A DNA stretch of 64,000 nt, taken from positions 23,560,001 to 23,624,000 of the forward strand of contig NC_043020.1 in the NCBI RefSeq assembly GCF_006345805.1. The letters are read 5' to 3'. The notes under the pieces were generated by a model, which did no database searches, was not told the DNA's origin, and worked only from the letters and a program-made list of their open reading frames with translations. The position numbers and the translations under genes are program-made. This document shows, piece by piece, positions 26,749 through 40,489 of the stretch. The stretch's first letter is position 1; each line of letters starts with the position of its first letter. The stretch comes from Octopus sinensis (Eukaryota).

Positions 26749-28232
26749 CGCACGTGTGTGTGTGTGTGTGTGATATGTATACATACATGAATATGCAAAT
26801 CTCATACACGTACATAAACACACACTAGCACACAAAACACTGGATATTACATACATGTTATATAATGTATATATGGCTTAATGTTTACAACCCAACACAG
26901 CAGCAGCAAGTGAAAGGTGTGTATATATAAATATCTGTGTGTGTGTAGACGCAGGCATAGCTGTGTACTAAGAAGCTTGATTCTCAACCACAGCGTTCCG
27001 GGTTCATTCCCACTGCGTGGCACCTTAGGCCGGTGTCTTCTATCTGGTCAATGCCACCCAGAAGTGGAAGCATCCAAATCGGTCTTGTGGAACCCACTTC
27101 GTGGTGTTTAAAGAAGAGGAAAACGTTGTCACATTTACATCAATAACATTATTGCATACACTGTCCTGGAATGTTTCCAGGACCTTATGGCAGTGATGAT
27201 AGAATGAGAAGGGCGGTGGGTGGACGATTTGCTGCGATCCGTATTAGAACCCAACCATAGAATAGGATAGGAATGGTAAAGAAAGTGTAGTAACGTATGG
27301 AGAAATATATATGTATATCAAGAGAAATAGGCAAAATCAAGCGGTCATATTCTGCGGGAACAACGAAAGAAAGATTGGGGCAGAAGTCAGACATGAAGCT
27401 GGAGGTTGTAGCGAACGAATGCTTTGAGACACTTAACATCCACTGGAGTCTCTCAGAAATCATTAGTTGGTCCGGTGCTATATATTAGTAGATACTCGTC
27501 TAAGATGCTACGCAATGTAACTGAAACCGAAAGCACGTGGTTCCAAAGCGAATTTCTTTAACCACAGAGCCATGGTAACGACAGTGATGGAATTTAGGTT
27601 TCCACATTTGTTTATTCCGTGTTTCGAAAGACGAAACATGCCAGAGAACATCTTCCGTTTATTATACCGTCGCTTCAGTAATGATAAATTCCAGATGGCT
27701 GTTTTGCTGTCAGAATAAATATTCAGCATCGTTTCCATTGAAAATATATTTGCAAACTAATGCCAATTTAATAGACTGTAAGTAATTGCGAAACCTAATA
27801 TTGGTGCGTGCAGGAGAAGGCAGGAAAGGGAATTACATTTTATCAAATTTGTGCTGTTCAACTAATATTTCGCAGAGCACAACCAATTCTGCCCTATGTT
27901 TCTTTGGTAAGATACAGAACCGATATCGCCTATATGGGTTTCTTTGAAAATTGCATTAGAGGCTATTTGACCTTATTTCCTTTGTGAGGGTCAATAATTT
28001 ACACAATATTTGTGAGAATCGATGTACAAGACTGGGCGAAAACTAATAAAATGGTTATTAAATATTCTTCGAATGTGGAAGAATCAACAAATTTAAATAA
28101 GGGAATACAGCGTTAACATCTATCATCGTCTTATTAGTATCAAGCAACACATTTCCTAGGGTTTTTCCAGATCAGTAAATACCCGGATAATTTTGTATTA
28201 TTGGTGATGGAATAATAATAATGATAATAATG

Positions 28233-28270
<38 letters not shown>

Positions 28271-28404
28271 TATAATAATAATAATAATGATAATAATAAT
28301 AATAATAATAATAACAATAATAATAATAATGATAATAATAATATAACAACAATAATAACAATAATGATAAGAATAAGAAGAAGAAGAAGAAGAAGAAGAA
28401 GAAA

Positions 28405-28485
<81 letters not shown>

Positions 28486-28583
28486 AAAAACAACAACAAC
28501 AATAACAATAATAACAATAATAACAATAATAACAATAATAAAATAATAATAATATATAATATAATAATAATAATAATAATAAA

Positions 28584-29215
28584 TGCCCTGATGCAGTACC
28601 AGGCAGTGGCTCTCATGGCTTCTGATCTTAACTGATTGGAAGTGTTTCATGTACATTGTTTTGTCTTGGTAAAAAGATGGGCTACAGCAAATATTCTGCT
28701 CAATACCACAGATTTGCTTGTCAGTGTTTGACCTTAACCAGTTGAGCATGTCCCTTAGTGGCTGACGATATGTGCATCTCTGATCACGAGCAGAAGTAGT
28801 GGGGGAGCATCATAGCCATGTGTTGAGAGGATTCTTTGGGGTTTGAATAGTTCACCTCTGGAAACATGGGTGGTTCTTTCAACATACTTAAGCAACCCTT
28901 ATTCAGGGACCGTTTGAGCGGGATGGGCTACTCAACCTGAAGAAAATTCTAACTGGGCCCCACCTGCAAGGTCATGTGCTGTTTATCTTGATATGAGATC
29001 ACCATGTCGCGCACATATGGTTGTGATGCATGTGCCTGGTGTAACCTTTATCAGACGGGTAGTCATGATGGGTATATTGGGCTTCGTATATTTTACCCCA
29101 GTGTCACTTTGATGGCATGAACTGCTCTCTCACTCAATAATAATAATAATAATAATAATAATATAATAATAATAATAATAATACTAATAATATAATAATA
29201 ATAATAATAATAATA

Positions 29216-29258
<43 letters not shown>

Positions 29259-29812
29259 TGCCCTGATGCAGTACCAGGCAGTGGCTCTCATGGCTTCTGA
29301 TCTTACTGATTGGAAGTGTTACCATGTACATGTTTTTTTTGTCTTGGTATAAAATTGGGCTACAGCAAATATTCTGCTCAATACCACAAATTTGCTTGTC
29401 ATTTGTTTGACCTTAACCAGTTGAGCATGTCCCTTAGTGGCTGACAATACGTGCATCTCTGATCACGAGCAGAAGTAGTGGGGGAGCATCATGGCCATGT
29501 GTTGAGAGGGATTCTTTGGAGTTTGAATAATTCACCTCTGGAAACATAGGTGTTTCGTTCAACATCCTAAAGCAACCCTTATTCAGGGACCTTTGAGCAG
29601 GATGGGCTACTCAACCTGAAGAAAATTCTAACTGGGCCCCACCTGCAAGGTCATGTGCTGTTTATTTTGATATGAGATTACATGTCGCGCACATATGGTT
29701 GTGATGCATGTGCCTGGTGTACCTTTATCAGACGGGTAGTCATGATGGGTATATTGGGCTTCGTATATTTTACCCCAGTGTCACTTTGATGGCATGAACT
29801 GCTCTCTCACTC

Positions 29813-29855
<43 letters not shown>

Positions 29856-29858
29856 TAC

Positions 29859-29894
<36 letters not shown>

Positions 29895-29940
29895 TATATA
29901 ATAATAATATAATATAATAATAATAATAATAATAATAATC

Positions 29941-29984
<44 letters not shown>

Positions 29985-30536
29985 TTACTTTCATGGCTTC
30001 TGATCTTAACTGATTGGAAGTGTTATCATGTACATTGTATTGTTTTGGTATAAAAGATGGGCTACAGCAAATATTCTGCTCAATACCACAGATTTGCTTG
30101 TCAGTTGTTTAACTTTCACCAGTTGAGCATGTCCCTTTGTGGCTGACGATATGTGCATCTCTGATCACGAGCAGAAGTAGTGGGGGAGCATCGTAGCCAT
30201 GTGTTGAGAAGGATTCTTTGGGGTTTGAATGATTCACCTCTGGAAACATGGGTGTTTCGTTCAACGTCCTTAAACAACCCTTATTCAGGGACCTTTTGAG
30301 CGGGATGGGCTACTCAACCTGAAGAAAATTCTAACTGGGCCCCACCTGCAAGGTCATGTGCTGTTTATCTTTTTATGAGATCACCATGTCCCGCACATAT
30401 GGTTGTGATGCATGTGCCTGGTGTACCCTTATCAGACAGGTAGTCATGATGGGTATATTGGGCTTCGTATATTTTACCCCAGTGTCACTTTGATGGCATG
30501 AACTGCTCTCTCACTCAATCATAATAATAATAATAA

Positions 30537-30588
<52 letters not shown>

Positions 30589-30599
30589 TAATAATGATG

Positions 30600-30631
<32 letters not shown>

Positions 30632-30667
30632 TAATAATATAATAATAATAATAATAATATAATAATA

Positions 30668-30699
<32 letters not shown>

Positions 30700-31230
30700 G
30701 ACTTTCATGGCTTCTGATCTTAACTGATTGGAAGTGTTATCATGTACATTGTATTGTTTTGGTATAAAAGATGGGCTACAGCAAATATTCTGCTCAATAC
30801 CACAGATTTGCTTGTCAGTTGTTTAACTTTCACCAGTTGAGCATGTCCCTTTGTGGCTGACGATATGTGCATCTCTGATCACGAGCAGAAGTAGTGGGGG
30901 AGCATCGTAGCCATGTGTTGAGAAGGATTCTTTGGGGTTTGAATGATTCACCTCTGGAAACATGGGTGTTTCGTTCAACGTCCTTAAACAACCCTTATTC
31001 AGGGACCTTTTGAGCGGGATGGGCTACTCAACCTGAAGAAAATTCTAACTGGGCCCCACCTGCAAGGTCATGTGCTGTTTATCATGATATAAGATCACCA
31101 TGTCGCGCACGTATGGTTGTGATGCATGTGCCTGGTGTACCCTTATCAGTCGGGTAGTCATGATGGGTATATTGGGCTTCGTATATTTTACCCCGGCGTC
31201 ACTTTGATGGCATGAACTGCTCTCTCACTC
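28584..31230 (-). repeat. Four head-to-tail family C elements separated by (AAT)n tracts
   Basis: Copies at 28584-29135, 29259-29812, 29987-30516, 30701-31230; partial opposite-strand copy at 31352-31648. Confidence 0.92.
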
Positions 31231-31698
31231 AATAATAATAATAATAATAATAATAATATAATAATAATAATAATAATAATATAATATAATAATAATATTA
31301 TTAAAGACGTCGCACAGCACAGTATCCTATATCAAGATGTTGTTGGTTGAAGAATAAGGGTTGTTTAAGGATGTTGAACAAAACACTCATGTTTCCAAAG
31401 GTGAATTATTCAAACCTCTAAGAATTCCTTTCAACACACAGCTATGATGCTCCCTCCCCACTACTTCTGCTCGTGATCAGAGATGCACATATCGTCAGCT
31501 ACTAATTGACATGCTCAACTGGTTCAGGTCAAACAACTGACAAGCAAATCTGTGGTATTGAGCAGAATATTTTCTGTTAGCCCATCTTTTATACCAAGAC
31601 AAAACAATGTACATGATAACACTTCCAATCGGTTAAGAAGCCATGAGACCCACACACACACACACCACACACACACCACACACACACACATATATATA

Positions 31699-31749
<51 letters not shown>

Positions 31750-31984
31750 CACACTACAGCTGTTTCGAATGAGTTTTTTTATTGATGAACACATCAATTA
31801 CATCTTTTAAGAAAGTAAGTACGTGAATGTCCGTACACACTGTTAATATGCAGGTATGCTATCCTCGACTCTACCTTAGTCCCTTTGTTTTCAAAATACG
31901 TCGATTCTATTGGACTCTGTATCTATAAAACCAGCTAAAGTAGCTGGCTTTAAAACCTTTGAAAGCGATTGTGTGTATAGACGC

Positions 31985-32196
31985 CATGGTAGATCGTTAG
32001 CCACTACACGAATTTTTTCTCTCCTTTTTTTCTCTCCTTGTTTCTCTCCTTGTATTTTTATGTGCCCCTTTCTGTAGAAGAGCGTAGGCTCGAAACGTGA
32101 AAGACTTTTTTTATTCCTCAGCGTTATACTAATGCATCTGTTTGTTTTGTACACCGCCCGTCTTCGTCTTTTGTTTTTTTTTCGTAAACTCTCCTT

Positions 32197-32200
<4 letters not shown>
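31985..32200 (+). mobile_element. PLE-like family D fragment with HHR-like motif (32068-32103)
   Basis: CTTT-CTGTAGA-A-GAGC-GTAG-GCTC-GAAAC-GTG-AAAG; G at the cleavage position suggests inactive. Confidence 0.65.
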
Positions 32201-32243
<43 letters not shown>

Positions 32244-33052
32244 AATCCTTAAAATCCTTTAAAATGTTTTAGCCCGAAGGCCGCGGCCATACTGGGGCAC
32301 CACCGCTGATATATTTATATCTGATATATATATTATTGAAATTTTCAAAGCAAAAGACGAAGACAGGTGTATGAGTAGAAGGCAAGTCTATTAGTGTGGT
32401 AATGCACACACATACAGGCGTACATAATCGCACACACATGCATACATATGTGTGTGTATGTTCATGTGTTTTTGTGTGTATGCACTTGTTGGTGTATGTG
32501 TGTACGTGCGTGTATGCGTGTGTGTGCGCGCGTGTCTGCACTATCAAGAACATCACTGCTTGTCGATGAGATTGTTTATACTTGCCTAACGGGCCAAATA
32601 CCATTTATTGTTTTAAATATTAATCTTTGGCAAAAAATATGTTTAAATCGTATGTTTATGATACAAAATATTATTCATTCTTAGATTTCCTCACATTTAT
32701 CTTCCAAAGTTAAATACAATGCTTTCAAAATGTATGATTCACTGCCTTCGCATAAATATTTATGTACATGTTTATAGATAGTTATGTTTCATTTTTACCC
32801 ATTTCAGACAACTCTTGAATGATGCGTATGTGTTTTTGACTATTTACTTAATTCTTCAGATAACCCAGGAACGATTTTCGGGTTAACATAACACTCCTGA
32901 AGTTTGAGAAATACACTGTTTTCAAAGTAACAGTGATTTAATTTAATTTAAATTCATTACGTATCACAATTATGTAATTATACATTTGGTGGTATTTATC
33001 TTAAGGAAACAGTTGTCAAATACGCTTAGAATATGAACTATATTGTTGCTGT

Positions 33053-33550
33053 GACCCCCTTCGGTCATGAATGGTCATTGGATTGCACCTAGAAAGTTAC
33101 TCTCAGAGACACAAGTCTGGACAAGGCTGTTTGAGGAAGACCAGCAGTCACCCATGCATACTGGCCTTCCCCTCTCCACGCCACCGATGTTATCCAAGGA
33201 AAAGGCAAAGGCCGATACAGCTTGGCACCATTGACGTCGCAGCTCATTTATTAACGTGTAAGTGGCTGAGCACTCCACAGACACGTGTACCCTTAAAGTA
33301 GTTCTCGGGGAGATCCAGCGTGCCTCAGAGTGTGACACGGCTAGGCTGGCCCTTTGAAATAGAGTTACAGCAGAAACAGGAAGAAAGAGAGAAAGTTGTG
33401 GTGAAAGAGTACAGCAGCGTTCACCACCACCCCCTGCCGGAGCCTAGTGGAGCTTTAGGTGTTTTTCACTCAATAAACACTCATAATGCCTGTTCTGGGA
33501 ATTGAAACCGCGAGTCCACTGCCCAAACCCTGGGCCATTGCGCCTCCACA
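33053..33550 (-). mobile_element. SINE family G / F composite
   Basis: Family G head at 33545 end; 33053-33250 matches the 3' part of 45305-45640. Confidence 0.75.
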
Positions 33551-34514
33551 AAATAGGAACTATAAATGTAATGTTTTCTGATTTTACTCGACATATTTTG
33601 CTCTTAAACATCGTTTTAGCCAATTATGTATATACATTCAAGTTGGTTCCACTAGGATTTACAGCGATTTAATAATGTTCTAGAGTTTAACAATCTGTTT
33701 TTAATTGAACTCTTGATTAACGCTCTACATGGATAATCTTTGATATATATTTCCGATCTTCAAAAGCAAACAAAGAAAAAGTATTAAGATTGGCTTCACT
33801 TATTTTTTTTCCGAATAACTTAAGGATTTTTGTGGTTTTCGTCACTGTTTACAATTATCTTGAACAAAAAAAATATTTAATGTGTCATATAGATAGATGT
33901 CATTTTTGACGCTGAATCCGAATTTGGTATTCCAGAAAAAAAAATTTTCAAAAATGGTACAGGTATTCAGTTTGATAAATTTCAGAATTTTCAATCAATC
34001 AGAAAATAGCGCGTTCGCTGCCCACTTCATCATCATAGCTGGTGCGTCGGCATGTCAAAACATTAAACTATCACGCGTGCAAATTAAATATTTAAAAGCA
34101 ATGAACCACCCAACAGGAGTTGCTAGAAATAACAGTCAAAACATTAAAATATACATGATCAAAATTCACATTAAAATATTATCGAGAAAATTAAGTATTT
34201 AAAAGCTACGAACAAATCTACAGGAGTTGCTAGAAATAAACAGTCAAAGCATTGTTTAAAACGTACATTTGTTAGTTAAAAAAATTCAAGAAAGAAAGCT
34301 TGCTATACACTCTGGGATTTTATAAAATAAATCTTTCTCTTATCTCTTCCTCATAAATTTGTAAATTCATAAATAAATCGTTTATAAATTCACAAATAAA
34401 TATTTCTCGTATCTTCTTCTCCGTATAAATTCACAGCCATAAGAGTCATCCATGCCCAGGTACTTTCAATTTTTTTATTGCAAGTCCCATCAATTATGAA
34501 AACAAACAATTATA

Positions 34515-34874
34515 CAGGATGATTCAAAAGTCTCCATACATAGGACAAAATTTATTTTTTTTATAAGAGACAGTTTATAAGATCCCCTGATATGACCCCT
34601 CTTGATTTCTATCTTTGGGGGCATTTGAAAGGCATGGTGCATCGCGGAAAGATAAAAGACGTAAATGATTTGAAGGAACGCTTCATTAACTCCTTTGCAC
34701 CAGATGTGCAATTACAAGTCCACAATGAGCGGGGTAAACGTATTGCAATCTGTATTCAAAACAAGGGTAACCATATAGAGACTGTTAAATAAAATTTTTT
34801 AAATGTTTCATATAAAATGTTTCTTATGAAAAAGATAAATCGCTCCTTTGTATGGCGACTTTTCAATCACTCTG
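34515..34874 (+). mobile_element. Internally deleted Tc1/mariner element (360 bp) with TA TSD
   Basis: TIRs CAGGATGATTCAAAAGTCTCCATACA / TGTATGGCGACTTTTCAATCACTCTG; residual PDMTPLDFYLWGHLKGMV...CIQNKGNHIE. Confidence 0.88.
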
Positions 34875-35883
34875 TAGAACAAGTGGTAGCTACACTCCTT
34901 GTGCGCATGCACAGCATTTTAGTTACTATAGCAACAGACTTCTTCGCCACGGTGATGTCTAAAATACTCGCTTCTGATTGCAAATTTAAAGGCTAATAAC
35001 GTTTTAATTACTGATTTATGGAGAAAATGAGTTTCATTTTCATAATTAGTAGACAAAACTTAATCGATATACCAAATTTGAAAACAATTAGAACATCGTT
35101 GTAAACAGGGAAGACAACCACGAAGATCCAATCAGCGGTTGAGAAAGACGTATTAAACCTACATTATTAATTTGCCACTGAGCTGGCAAAATGAGAGGTA
35201 CTTGTATTTCAAAGGGCTGGACTCGTCACATTTTGTGTCAGGCTGAATCTCCCAGAGAACTACGTTAAGGGTCCGCGTGTCTATGCAATGTTCGGCCACT
35301 TGCACGTTAATTTCACGAGCAAGCTGTTCCGTTGCTCGGATCAACTGGCACCCTCGTCGTCGCAACCGACGGAATACCTGTTATTAGGCCCTTTATGCAA
35401 CTGGAAATACCTTGACACTTTTCGCCCCGACAGAATATAAGAAAGCAGAGTAGTAAAATCCGTGGACTCTTTTTTATTGCTGTACAATATAAAAATCCTT
35501 AGAGAGAAGTTTTTTAGAATACACTATATTGTACAGGTACAACACCTGCGACATTAATAGCTATGTTCCTGTTCGTGTCTGCGCATTTACGTAAGCGGGG
35601 CTCATCTTTCAGACATTTGAAATGTATAAAATATATGTATAAGTTTCTCTCTCTTTCTATCTCTCTCTTTTTCTATCTCTCTCTCTCTTTCTCTCTATCC
35701 CTTTCTCTCTCTCTTCTTTCTTTCTCTCCCTCTCCCTTACTGTCTATATATACACACACACATAAACACACACATATATATATGCATATATATATATATA
35801 TATATATATAAACAAATTCAAAATGCGATAAAATAAAATTAATTATTTTCGCTAGTGTTTGTATATATATGTGTATATATATA

Positions 35884-35974
<91 letters not shown>

Positions 35975-36108
35975 TATATCATATTATATATTACATTATA
36001 TTATATGTATATATATATGTGTGTACGCGTATGCAAGTGGGTATGATAGTGAGCGTGCTTATAAATTCATGTGTCGGCATAAGTCTGATTCCCCATCAAC
36101 ATATATAT

Positions 36109-36155
<47 letters not shown>

Positions 36156-36987
36156 TGTATGTATGTATGTATGTATATATACACACATATATAATATATT
36201 ATATAGAGAGAGATATGAATATATATCTATATATATATATAATACATGCAGGTATATACATATGTCTATATATACACACACACATATATATATATTTATA
36301 TGCCTATATATATATGCCTATATAAATACACATATATGCATGCACGTTCACACACACACACACACACACACACAAACAAACACACACAAATCTGTGTGTG
36401 CATATGTGTGTATGTTTACAAATTACTGTATTGCATGCATTCACAGTGAATTCGTACAATTTCTATAAGTCAGGCATATTTTCTTTTATTCTTTTTTAAC
36501 ATTCAAATGTTATTTAGAAGATTCTAGTCGTGATATCTGTATTGTTTGTCTTTTTTTTTTCATACATCTCTATCGTTTCCTCTTCTCTTTCTACTTTTTA
36601 AACATTATAACTGAAATACTATACTTGAAATATTATATTCACATTTATCTTAACTGACGTTGATCTGTATTTTATTTCGTCTAATGAAATTTTAATTATA
36701 GCGAACCAAAAACAAGGACGTAAAATTATAGATTTCATCCTATTGTGTCTGGGGAGAGTCATTCTCTTTTTTTGCCTTATAATTTAACACACTCACCGGT
36801 AAAATTTCCCTTTATTTCTTATTTTTATTTTCCTAAATTTTCGTTGCGTCTTGCAATCTTTTCTATACTCTTGACTCTGTCCGTTATTTACACTGCGTTC
36901 ATTTTTGTTTGTGCGCATGTGTTTCGCCCCTCTCTCTCTCTCCTTCTTTCCATCTATCTCTCTCCCTTACACACACACACAAACACA

Positions 36988-37038
<51 letters not shown>

Positions 37039-37384
37039 ATACACACTTTCAATCCCTTCCTCTCTCTCCTTGTCGTATTACTATATCTGTATATATATTT
37101 TCGTAGACTCTCAACTCTTCAGAACCACAAATAGTGATTCCGCAATTTCTTACTGAACAAACTGCAAAGATGATTTGCTTATTGTGATCCTATGTTTGTC
37201 CTATAATAAATTAGCTTACTCTCCTCCATTAAATAAACATTACCCGCACAGGTGCATAGTGGGTAACACATCAAATGTCGAAGTGATCGCAGGGCAACGT
37301 AAAATGGAATCTTTGTCTCCGGTTATTGAAATCATAATCTTGCGTGACAATGAATATTAACAAAGTCTACATTCTTTTCTATAG

Positions 37385-37975
37385 GCTTTGAAATTTTGGA
37401 GGAAGGGGCCATCGATTAGATCGACCCTGGTACTTAATTTATTGATCCCGGAAGGATGAAAGGCAAAGTTGACCTCGGCGGAATTTGAACTCAGAACACG
37501 AAGACAGACGAAATACCGCTAAGCATTTCGCCCGGCGTGCTAACGTTTCTGCCAGCTCGCCGCCTTGAAAATAATATTTTCTACTCTAGGCACAAAGCCC
37601 GAAATTTTGTGGAGGAGAGCAGTCGATTAGATCAACCTCAGTACGCAACTAGTTCTTCATTTATCGACCCCGAAAGGATGAGAGGCAAAGTCGACCTCGG
37701 CGGAATTTGAACTCAGAACATGAAGACAGACGAAATACCTATTTCTTTACTACCCACAAGAGGCTAAACACAGAGAGGACAAACAAGGACAGACAAACGG
37801 ATTAAGTCGATTATATCGACCTCAGTGCGTAACTGGTACTTTATTTAATCGACCCCGAAAGGATGGAAGGCAAAGTCGACCTCAGTGGAATTTGAACTCA
37901 GAACGTAGCAGCGGACGAAATACTGCTAAGCATTTCGCCCGGCGTGCTAGTGGCTCTGCCAGCTCGCCGCCATAA
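37385..37975 (-). mobile_element. SINE family B cluster (tandem units)
   Basis: Consensus match, repeated units. Confidence 0.85.
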
Positions 37976-38839
37976 CTAAGTCTATATTAGCTGTAAATAG
38001 TGAACTCTTCCACATTTATAGTCCTTATTCATTAAAGTATATATTGTAATTTCTATGCATCGCTATGCTGGCGGTTTTTGTACAGATTTGGCTCTGTGAT
38101 AATAGGCTTGCTTTCTAACCACATAGTTCGGGGTAGAGTCCTATTATGTTGCACCGCCTTCTTCAATGGCCTCGCCCCTATCAAATCATTGTGAGTGAAT
38201 TCGGTAGATGGAAAATGGAGATAGCCTGTCGTATGTATGTGTGTGTGCGCGTGCTTGCATATGTGTGTGGGGACGTGCGTATCTTTGTGTCCGTGTTTTT
38301 TTCACCACCACTACTTGACAACTAGTGCTGGTGTACTCACGTCCATGTAACTTAGTGGTTCAACAAAAGAGAATGATATAAGAAGGAGCACGCTTTAAAA
38401 AAATAAGTACTGGGGTTGCTATACTCGACTAAAGATTCTTAATGGCTGTGATCCAGCATGACCGCAGTCTAATGACTGAAACGAGTAAGAGATAAAAGAT
38501 TAAAGATTCTTCTATAATTGATATAAATCCTTAAAAATGATTCAGCCCGCAGGCTGCGGCCATGCTGGGGCACCACATATATTTTTCTGTTTTGTGTGTG
38601 TGCATGGACGTAGACATAGAAGGAGGGCAAAGATAACCGCTTCAAGATTAGAACCCAAATGACCGGCAAATTGGGAAAATGTCTGACATTAAACCATTCT
38701 GTGGACTTAGTCCTATAAGTGAAATTTGATGAAAGGACATTGTGCGAAACTGAGTCATACGAATTTAGGTAGACAGGAAGACCGACAAACAGGTATATAT
38801 AGATATATATATATATATGTGTGTGTTGTGTGTGTGTGT

Positions 38840-38878
<39 letters not shown>

Positions 38879-38986
38879 ATGTATATATATATTATATAAT
38901 ATATATATATATATATATATAGATATATAGATATATAGATACATGCAAACAGACATAGTTAGATATACAGATAGATAGATAGATAG

Positions 38987-39048
<62 letters not shown>

Positions 39049-39456
39049 GTAGGTAGGTGGGTACGTACGTCGATAGATAGAGAGGGAGAGAAAGTGAGAG
39101 AGTGATAGAATGACAGAGTTAGAGAGAGAAGGAGAAATAGAGGCACTTTATGGTTTTTCTCCGAAAGCTATTTTCTATACGAAAACTTTTTCAATAATAT
39201 ATGATTGTCTCTTGTTTTCTGTGAGTAAAAATTTCCCGTGAGAAAACACAATCAAAACTTTGACAGAAAAACAGTTTTATTAAAACATTTATGTGACGAC
39301 ATAGTTTCGTATTTATATTTTCATACACAGGTAGATAATGGAAAATTTTACCTTCTTTGTTAAAAACTAAAACTTATTTCATTCAAATATATGTGCATAA
39401 AAATTCAGTGCGCTTTTGCTCTTCTTTATCATGCACACGCATTCGCACACACATAA

Positions 39457-39493
<37 letters not shown>

Positions 39494-39828
39494 CAAGTAA
39501 ATATGAGAGCTGTTGTACTATCAAAATACCATCGCTAGTGGTGGCGAATACCATCCGTACAGGCAAATTACTAATATATATATATATATATATACATATA
39601 CAAGGTATGATCACTAAATGGACAACCATTAAGCTAGATGTAGACCCCATATGGTCTACCATTAAGAAAAGATTGTTCTCATGAAAATTCAGCAAATGCC
39701 AGAACGTAAGCGAGCAAGGCAAATGAAAAGATAGAAAATATAAAGATTAACCACAAACCCGGTTTCATTGTTACCACTTACGTAATTACGTACGTAATTT
39801 GAAGTCAGAACATGCAGACAGAAGAAAT

Positions 39829-40465
39829 ACCTATTTCTTTACTAACCGCAAGGGCTACTCACTGAGGGGAGAAACAACGACAGAGAAACGGATTAAGTCG
39901 ATTATATCGATCCCAGTGCGTAACTGGTACTTATTTAATCGACCACGAAAGGATGAAAGGCAAAGTCGACCTCGGCAGAATTTGAACTCAGAACGTAGCA
40001 GCAGACGAAATACCACTAAGCATTTCACCCGCCGTGCTAGCGTTTCCTTATTTCTTTACTACCCACAAGGGGCTAAACGCAGAGAGGACAAACAAGGACA
40101 GACAAACGGATTAAATCTATTATATCGAACCCAGTGCGTAACTGGTACTTATTTAAACGACCACGAAAGGATGAAAGGCAAAGACGACCTCGGCGGAACT
40201 TGAACTGAGAACGTAGCGGAAGACGAAATACCTATTTCTTTACTACCCACAAGGGGCTACACAGAGAGGGGACAAACAAGGACAGAGAAACGGATTAAGT
40301 CGATTATATCGAACCCAGTGTGTAACTGGTACTTATTTAATCGACCCCGAAAGGATGAAAGGCAAAGTCGACCTCGGCAGAATTTGAACTCAGAACGTAG
40401 CGGCAGACGGAATACCGTTAAGCATTTCGTCCGGCGTGCTAACCTTTCTGCCGGCGCGCCGCCTC
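39829..40465 (-). mobile_element. SINE family B multimer
   Basis: Three to four head-to-tail units. Confidence 0.85.
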
Positions 40466-40489
40466 ACAATAGTTATATATCAAGCATAC

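Noticed and set aside
27150-27250. 9-bp hairpin GTCCTGGAA/TTCCAGGAC followed by GTGATGA (box C-like) and a short open frame
   Set aside because: No downstream box D or terminal stem; no protein similarity recognised
28584-31230. CRISPR-like or prokaryotic repeat system
   Set aside because: Eukaryotic context; repeats are hundreds of bp with microsatellite spacers; no cas genes
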